From assembly GCA_051294905.1 (NCBI GenBank), contig CM119385.1:11036001-11100000 (forward strand): a DNA stretch of 64,000 nt. Reading direction: 5' to 3'. A program made the translations under genes and the position numbers. Every line of letters starts with the position of its first letter. The stretch's first letter is position 1. Shown in pieces: positions 55,701-64,000 of the stretch. The notes under the pieces were generated by a model, which saw only the letters and a list, made by a program, of their open reading frames with translations, did no database searches and was not told the origin of the DNA. The DNA is from Botryllus schlosseri. Taxonomy: Eukaryota.

Positions 55701-56355
55701 ACCAAATCAAGGTGTAATGAGCTGTAGCTCCAGTGTTACTTTGTAATCCTGCAAACTAATACATCTTCTATACTGCTTTCGGGCTCATGGATTTAATCGG
55801 TCAATGACCGTATCACGTTATTTCCTGACCGACCGGTTTCAAGTGAGTCTTTTTGGCTAATATACAATGGAGCCGTAGAAGTTTTAAGGTCCTTGAAATG
55901 GTCTTGCTTTCAATATTCTACAGAAGTTGGTTATATCAAACACAACTCAAAAGCCACCCTTTGTTCGTATCAACTATCTAGTGTGTGTGATATGATTTCG
56001 TAATGGTGTCTCAAGCATTCAAATTCAGTCGGTTTATTTCATCTCACAAATAAGGAATGTGAACTAGTAGTGCCTTCTAATTCAATGTTCTGTCGTCACC
56101 TGTACAAGTATTTAGCACGCTACTGCATATTTTAATGTCATAGAAACATCGAAATGATGATGTTGGTTTCGGTATTAATGATAAATGATGGAAAAGATAT
56201 GTTGAGTAAATGCAAATAACAAGACCAGAAAATAAAATCTACAATTCACCTTAATTGAATGAACATTTTTATTAAGCTTTCAACAGGAATACACAGCAGA
56301 TGTAAACCCTATTCAATTGTAGCTGTCTCATATTGTATATTACGAATCAACAGTA

Positions 56356-57674
56356 CCGTAAACCGGGGTAACTTTGGACAATTTTCAACAATTCCGCTTT
56401 GTATCTTGGAAATGCTAGGGTGTAGGGGAGGCAAGTTTTGTGTTTTTCATGGGTCATGGAGCAAAGATTAGAATTACCTAATCCAAAATCTTCATGGTCA
56501 TAAATAAGTACCTTATTTTCGTAAATTATCTGTGTCCAAAGTTACCCCTGCATGTGGGGTAACTTTGGACAACATAGTTTTTTGTATGCCTTAACACTCT
56601 ATTGTTTATAAAACCTCGTAAATGAGGCTTATTTGGTAAGAGTTGAGGAGAGCAGTGGCTAAAACTGAAACAAAATAGTTTATGTCTGGCCTATTGCATA
56701 ATTTTTACCTAATCCACCCCCCCCCCCAAAAAAAAAATTAGGTAGTTTATGAAGGGTAATGGCCCCCTTATTCATCCCTTATCTCGATTTTCCCTCATGC
56801 CTTCACCAATTGGGACTTATAAATAACATATGATGATGAGGGGTATGTAACTGGCCGTGTCAGCAATCGACAGCAAACATTAAGCACGTTACCGTGATTT
56901 ATTGCCGATTTCAAATATGTTACTGTTCTTTAAAAGATACACTTTCCCTTTCTTATGTCCTCTGACGGATGTATTTGTCATAATTTACGGTATCCCATAT
57001 TCAGGAGGCACATCTTTAGGAGTATGTGATAAGTTTTTGAACTAGCTTACACCCGATTACAATCTCTCAGCTCATTGCCTACCCATTTTTCATATTTTGG
57101 CAAACTCTTAATTTGTTGACGTTCTGATTCCATTTTAAAAAGCCATCAGGCCGGTCATAAGGAATATAGTTGACGGTCATAAGGAATATAGTTGACGATA
57201 CACTTTGACACAGATGAAGCAGCCACTTTCCAGAGCTCTGAATATCACATTTTCCACTGTCCAAAGCTACCCCGTTCTGATGATATTTGACGGGGCAACT
57301 TTGGACATCATATTTTCTTGTATTGATCTAAGGGTGAGCCCACTGAGATTTTTGCCACGGATTAAGACTACTTGGAGGTATCTGCTGCCAAGTTTTGAAT
57401 CTATGAATCACATGCTATCTGTGTTTGGTTGTAAGAAGCTTAATGGCCATCAATTTTAATCAAATTGACCCCCGTCATTAATTTATCAATGTTGGGTCAA
57501 GTTTAGCTGGTAGTGAAATGAATCCATCTTTTATCAAGACTACTTGTGGTACTCTTGCCTCATGAAAAAGAATTGTACATCCAGCGGCAACCCTTTTCCA
57601 TCAATAACCATTTAAATCTTTTACTGCTTAGTGTCCAAAGTCACCCTCAAGTCCAAAGTTACCCCGGTTCACGG
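56356..57674. mobile_element. Tc1/pogo-type non-autonomous element
   Basis: TIRs CCGTAAACCGGGGTAACTTTGGAC / GTCCAAAGTTACCCCGGTTCACGG, flanked by TA; internal copies of TCCAAAGTTACCCC. Confidence 0.8.
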
Positions 57675-58640
57675 TAGCTGTACTGGAATTTTTGCAACTG
57701 ACATTTTGAAAAGTAATGTCTGACCTTACTGGAGATTAGATTGTTCGGTGCTCATTCATTACTTAACTGGAGCTGGTTTGAAAATAAATGACCAGGCTAG
57801 TCGGCTAGTCGGCCTTGAAATTCACCACAGCACGTGAATGCACAATCTTAGTCAATCCTCACACGAAATCAACAAAATAAACCATTATTCTGACCAAAAT
57901 AAACCATTATTCTGACTGTTTTGCTTACCTCGCATAGGACTGGGCAAAATCGAGTACCTGAGTGATTCTATTCTGAATTTAACTTCAAGTCATAGTTATT
58001 GCTCTGTGTATAGTCTGAATTACATATTTGAGAATTCTCTCATCAACAGTCGTAACCTTCCATGTCATCAAACTATCCATTTGGATTGCTATCATTCTGA
58101 TTGCATTTTGTGTTATGACGATTCGGGGGCGCGAAGTTTTTCGCCATCATAAAGAGGGCGTGTCTAAAAAACTGTCATAAGTGATACTTTAGTATTTTTT
58201 CGACCGTGCCGATTTCATTCCATTTGGTGACAATGTTGTGGGAGAATCATGACTTTGGAAATTTGCTACTTCCAGTAACCTTCGCAGGTTTGTACGATAC
58301 GTTTCGTATGCTACGATACCGCCAATCAAGGTTTCAAGGCTTCAACAGTCAAAATTAGTATCAAAACTATAATTCTCGTAGATAAATCAACTTTCGTTGG
58401 TGAGTAGCGTATAATTTCAGTGCTCGAAGAAAATCGTCTTTTACTACTTGACTCGAATCAGATTCGAGTAGCCTACTCCAATCATTGTGCCCAGCCAAGT
58501 TGTGGAACAATAATTTGCCAGCTATCAAAATGTACTGGAGTACGGTATGTGCAGTAACCAAAACTCAAGCATTTCTATAGAACCAATGCTAGCCTTCAAG
58601 AGTGCAGGATTTTTGGGGTGCCTTTATTTTGTACATGCAA

Positions 58641-59050
58641 GCTAATGAAAAGCTAATGCAGCTAATTAAGCTAAGGAAAAGCTAATTAAGCTAATGAAAG
58701 GCTAATTAAGCTAATGAAAAGCTAAGTAAGCTAATGAAAAGCTAATGAAAAGCTAATTAAGCTAATGAAAAAGTAAGCTAATGAAAAGTAAGCTAATGAA
58801 AAGCTAATGAAGCTAATTAAGCTAATGAAAAGCTAAGTAAGCTAATGAAAAGCTAATGAAAAGCTAATTAAGCTAATGAAAAAGTAAGCTAATGAAAAGT
58901 AAGCTAATGAAAAGCTAATGAAGCTAATTAAGCTAATGAAAAGCTAATGAAAAGCTAAGTAAGCTAATGAAAAGCTAATGAAAAGCTAATTAAGCTAATG
59001 AAAAAGTAAGCTAATGAAAAGTAAGCTAACGAAAAGCTAATGAAACCAGC
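58641..59050 (+). repeat. AAGCTAAT-based minisatellite array
   Basis: Units AAGCTAATGAA / AAGCTAATT / AAGT; inverted arrays at 61128-61485 and 61795-62165. Confidence 0.95.
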
Positions 59051-59099
59051 TAATGTAAAAATGAAGCCAATGAAGCAAGGAAGTAAGTCCAGATTAGTA

Positions 59100-59525
59100 T
59101 TTTGCTCATATGATTCTGGATGTATCAAATCCGAAATTTTAAATCCAAGTTTAGAATCTGGATATTCGATTCTCAATAGGGATTTTTGAATTATGATTGC
59201 AATAGTGCTAATTCAGACCTAACTGCACCCTGCAAACCGGAAGATTTGACGGCACCGACAGGTTTGTTTTGGGGTGTTCATGGTGTGTCTCGACTACTAT
59301 GGTCATGGTCATGGTCATTTACACCAGGCAATTTTCTACATTTTTATTCCGTAGCGGCCGACTTGTGCAACGGCCCACATTCTTGGCTTTTATAAGACAC
59401 CGCTTACACGGATGAGATGGCACCTAGGTCGTAGGTAGGAATTCTCGAGTCGACCTCGGTCGGACTCGAACCCACAACCCATTGGTGTTGCAGCTGTGGA
59501 TTATACCACTACGTTATCTCGCCAC
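59100..59525 (-). mobile_element. tRNA-headed SINE within the left foldback arm
   Basis: Minus-strand head TAACGTAGTGG (A box) ... GGGTTCGAGTCC (B box); body shared with 61486-61790 and an older copy at ~60300-60570. Confidence 0.6.
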
Positions 59526-60687
59526 GACATACAGCGGTGATCTAAGACGAAGTTTTTCTGCCTACTCGGTGCTAAAGTGCCAGCACGCCTAGCATGATAA
59601 TGTGGCCGGTTATGTTTGCAAACTGAATTTGATAGCGTGAACGAACATGAACATTGAACATCAACGACGTTTCAAAGGGAGTTCATTTCTTGATGGTAAT
59701 TAGTTAGGAAGGCAAGGAGGATTTGAAAACAGCATTGTCTCACAAGCTCCAGCATGCCTGCTATCAATCAACGCATCACACAAAACTGGATTAACCCGTT
59801 TCGGCACGCGATATGTCTGGTAAACCGAATTCGCGTGGATATTGGTTGCGGGCTTGATAGTAATTTTTATTTTACAAATAAACTTCACATCATGATCGAC
59901 AGATTATAATTTAGATTATTGATCGTTTTCTTTAGAACTGAATCATTCTGCGCATAATTTCAAAATTGGGAAGACTTCTTTTTCGTTACCTTTGCGAAAC
60001 CTAAATGACGTACTAGTGAGACATCGGCACCATTGTCATCCTGATAATGAGCAATGAGTAAACTAACGTTGAAAACGTCCGGATATGTACTACTTTGTTA
60101 TTGCATATATTTGCTGCGCTGAATTGGGATATTCACGTATCATTTCTGCTTTATAATATTTCACAGGGAGGGGCAAGGTATAGCCTATCGACTAGCGAGT
60201 CGTAACGCATTCACGCTCGTGATCTTTTATTATAATATCCGACAAGAATCATGCTTAGCTAGCGCGGAATATACTTGACTAGTTCCGCTTTAGTTCGCTT
60301 GAATATATTCACAGCTCCGCAGCTGCAAAACGAATTGGTTGGGGGTTCGAATCAGGCCCAAGTCGGTTCCAGTATTCCTACCCAAGTGTTTCTGGTTTAG
60401 GGTGTGGGCTTGTACTGCTCGTACGATCCGCGTAGACGGTGTCTTGCAAAGGCCCCGACCCATAATAGTCGGTGGATCAGGAACCGTAATAACGAATACC
60501 AGCCTGGTGTAAAATGACCAATGACCATCCTATAGTAGTAGAAACACCATTAATACCAACCTACTACGTTAGTGTGACCACTGATAAGTGTGACTAACTG
60601 TCTCTAACATCAATTTTGTAATTCACATATCGATACATTTGTACGTGTACTTGAGGTAGAGTTGCAACGTCACCACAGAGTTAACAT

Positions 60688-61152
60688 GTGTTTATCAAAG
60701 AACCTGATTGTGACGTCCCCTCGCTTCAGAAATTGTGCAAAATTTGCAACTTTCCCCGCGCGGCAGCGCTCGTAGCAATCCCATTGGGGTCATCATTTGA
60801 GGTAGCGAAGGACAGTGGAAAGGATAGCAATTCTCATTGTTTTTTCCGCAACAGGGTTGCGTTTTCGTCTTGGATTATGTCTCATCCTTGTACTGTTTGC
60901 GGACTTGATTGTTTAAAGTCCGACGAGTACGTCGAATGCTACGAACGCAACAGATACTCTCACTGTTCTTGTGCGAAGATCAGTAGCTTCAATGAGCGGA
61001 AAATCCAGATTTTCATATGTCGTTGTTGCATATTCTTCGAAGGTGAATTCAATTATGAGTGGGCATTGCAACATATTAGAGCAAATCCGGAACATTGTAC
61101 AGCTATAAAACGGATACTTAGCTTACTTTTCATTAGCTTACTTTTTCATTAG
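60688..61152 (+). pseudogene. Degenerate PHD-finger-like ORF inside the foldback element
   Basis: CTVC..(x)..CYER...HCSC...CRCC spacing fits C4HC3 with one Cys lost; the ORF runs into the satellite array. Confidence 0.5.
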
Positions 61153-64000
61153 CCTAATTAGCTTTTCATTAGCTTTTCATTAGCTTACTTAGCTTTTCAT
61201 TAGCTTTTCATTAGCTTAATTAGCTTCATTAGCTTTTCATTAGCTTACTTTTCATTAGCTTACTTTTTCATTAGCTTAATTAGCTTTTCATTAGCTTACT
61301 TAGCTTTTCATTAGCTTTTCATTAGCTTAATTAGCTTCATTAGCTTTTCATTAGCTTACTTTTCATTAGCTTACTTTTTCATTAGCTTAATTAGCTTTTC
61401 ATTAGCCTTTCATTAGCTTACTTAGCTTTTCATTAGCTTAATTAGCCTTTCATTAGCTTAATTAGCTTTTCCTTAGCTTAATTAGCACCGAGGTCGACTC
61501 CAGAATTCCTACCTAGGTGCCATCTCATCCGTGTAAGCGGTGTCTTATAAAAGCCAAGAATGCGGGCCGTTGTACAAGTCGGCCGCTACGGAATAGAAAT
61601 GTAGAAAACTGCCTGGCGTAAATGACCATGACCATATTAGTCGAGACACACCATGAACACCTCAAAACAAACCTGTCGGTGCCGTCAAATCTTCCGGATT
61701 TCGGATTTGATACATCCAGAATCATATGAGCAAAATACTAACCTGGACTCACTTCCTTGCTTCATTGGTTTCATTTTTACATTCGCTGGTTTCATTAGCT
61801 TTTCATTAGCTTAATTAGCTTCTCATTAGCTTACTTTTCATTAGCTTACTTTTTCATTAGCGTAATTAGCTTTTCATTAGCTTAATTAGCTTCATTAGCT
61901 TTTCATTAGCTTACTTTTCATTAGCTTGCTTTTTCATTAGCTTACTTAGCTTTTCATTAGCTTTTTATTAGCTTACTTAGCTTTTCATTAGCTTAATTAG
62001 CTTCATTAGCTTTTCATTAGCTTACTTTTCATTAGCTTACTTTATCATTAGCTTAATTAGCTTTTCATTAGCTTACTTGGCTTTTCATTAGCTTAATTAG
62101 CCTTTCATTAGCTTAATTAGCTTTTCCTTAGCTTAATTAGCTGCATTAGCTTTTCATTAGCTTGCATGTACAAAATAAAGGCACCCGGATTTTTGACATG
62201 TCGACCTAGGCTGCCTTGTGGTGGGTGAATCATGCCTTGTATCATCATTCACGTGCCTGGCCGTTTTTATGCTGGCGTTCATTAATTTCCATTCAGTGCG
62301 ACTGATTCACTTTAATGTGCTCCTCAATTTTTGGTGAAGTGGGTGTTTTATTGGAAGTATTAAAATGCCTCACGTATAACCTAGTAAAATTTTATCGAAA
62401 GCTTGCATGGGGATCGTGTCCAAAATCCCTGCATGTTGCGTCCCCTGTCTCAAGCATACCCAAATGGTCCATTTTTCGCTGCCACCTCCGCAGTTACTAC
62501 CACATATAGAAACTGGTAGTGTTCTCGGTCTGTCAAAGTGGTCAGCGATCACCTTCTGTAATTAATGGAATTTGAAGCTGCTCCGTGAGGCACAGAATAA
62601 CAAACTATTATTGAGCCTATCGACTACCACAAGCGCTAGGAGTACAAGGTGTCATTTTTAGTATAATTCCTTTGCCTGGAACACATTTCCTTCTTGTCTT
62701 TGCTAGTTAGCTCTATCTCCTCTGGTGTGTGAGCTATTTCCTAATTTTGTACGAGTTGGCTAATGTAATTTTATGTTGTGAAAGAAGGCAAACAATGCTG
62801 TAGTGGCCATACTTTTTCTCTTCCGGAGCGGAGGTGCATACAAGATTGATCCGAGTGCCGTGTCTATGTAGGCGAAAATCATATATTATTGTAACGGTTT
62901 TCAACATGATACGCATCCAGCATCATTTAACCTATTACCAATATTCCAAGTTCTTGTATGGTTCTTGGTATGTTTTTGTTCCACAGTTTGATGCCAGCAC
63001 GCCGATTTCCAAAGTCTGTTTGTTATCATCATTTGAATCGTTAATCTTTTTTTCGTATGACCTGCTACTATGTAATGCTGATTCAGTCGAAAATTCATTT
63101 CTAAGTTGATAAGAACTGCGTTGGAGTTGCGTATTATTGTTTATGACTTGGCGGTTTATGCTTTGCTAAAAACATCTCAACGTTGACCTGTGGTGATGTA
63201 ATTTATTGAACTAAAACTGTGTGTCCTGTCATGTCGAGCTGTGTTTATCACAAAATGAACATTGCGCGCAGTATCACAATTGATGATTTTAGAATGATGT
63301 CGTGCATATGGTTGCTACATATACATCCTACATAGCACATTGAATTACGTCTTAAGCTACTATTAAAACAATTTTTCTCAGCCTTGAGTGTGATAGCTTG
63401 GGGGCATATATAGACTGTCAGGCAATAAATGTTTCCAAATGTTGTTCCATGAAAGCTAATTGCTGTTGCCGTCTACGTTTTAAGGCTGCACAATGATCAT
63501 TATCATTCATACTGTCCACCACACCATTTGACTAAACATAATTAATAATTATTAATCATGTAACATATAACCGTATATCTTTGTTCAAACTGTATTGGTG
63601 ATCAAAATGTATTTGTCTCATGGGGATATTGTGGTGCACACAGTATTAAGAGATTTGTCAACTTTTTGTAAGACAGTGTCTATTATGCTCGGCATCACTT
63701 TAATTAATTGTGGTCCAGAACTGTATCAGTATCACTCACTGACCACTGCTATTTCCAACATTCAAATGATGACGACCTATAGCTGATTATTGATTTTAGC
63801 ACACATCAATCAGTCCTGCTTTGCATGTAAAAGGCCATTAAAATTATAGCTTACCTGCTTCTACTAATTGGCAACGAAATTATGTATGTGAAATTGTTTG
63901 ATGTGTATTGTGGTTCCAGAGCAGTCTATTATAAGCCGGAATTTATTAGATGTAGCATTTACATTGCCTGTGGCATGGATTTTTTTAACCTACTTGAAGG

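Larger units (their letters stand above)
58616..62186. mobile_element. Foldback (MULE/FB-like) element, 3571 bp, with satellite-bearing long inverted arms
   Basis: Arms 58616-59460 and 61486-62186 are inverted copies; perfect 9-bp TSD GGATTTTTG (58607-58615, 62187-62195). Confidence 0.9.

Noticed and set aside
58641-62165. CRISPR-like array
   Set aside because: No unique spacers; simple AAGCTAAT-derived satellite in a eukaryotic context.

Overview
AT-rich animal (invertebrate-like) genomic DNA with short introns and dense transposon nesting. The centrepiece is a complete 17,987-bp Maverick/Polinton (adintovirus-like) endogenous virus at 23686-41672, bounded by a perfect 6-bp TSD (GCCTTA) and 934-bp TIRs starting AGTAGT that look identical. 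It encodes the core set: pPolB, packaging ATPase, DDE integrase with chromodomain, two penton paralogues, cement/core proteins, hexon and adenain protease. Its accessory cargo is unusual: a Bcl-2 homologue inside the TIR (so two copies), an E2 ubiquitin-conjugating enzyme flanked by tRNA-Ala(UGC) and tRNA-Pro(UGG) genes, a SUMO-interacting-motif micropeptide and a Cys-rich TM micropeptide. One core gene carries a 54-nt spliceosomal intron. A diverged, inverted 1.5-kb second copy of the penton block holds the only intact penton-2 ORF. The virus sits inside a hAT MITE, which sits inside a tRNA-derived SINE. Host genes are an 8-exon TMEM198 orthologue (minus strand, 3658-9997) and a 70-aa membrane protein (20887-21099). 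Other elements include several hAT MITEs/derivatives with 8-bp TSDs, a pogo-like element, LINE remnants and a 3.6-kb satellite-armed foldback element (58616-62186) with a 9-bp TSD and a degenerate PHD ORF. All calls come from reading the sequence; no database searches were run.
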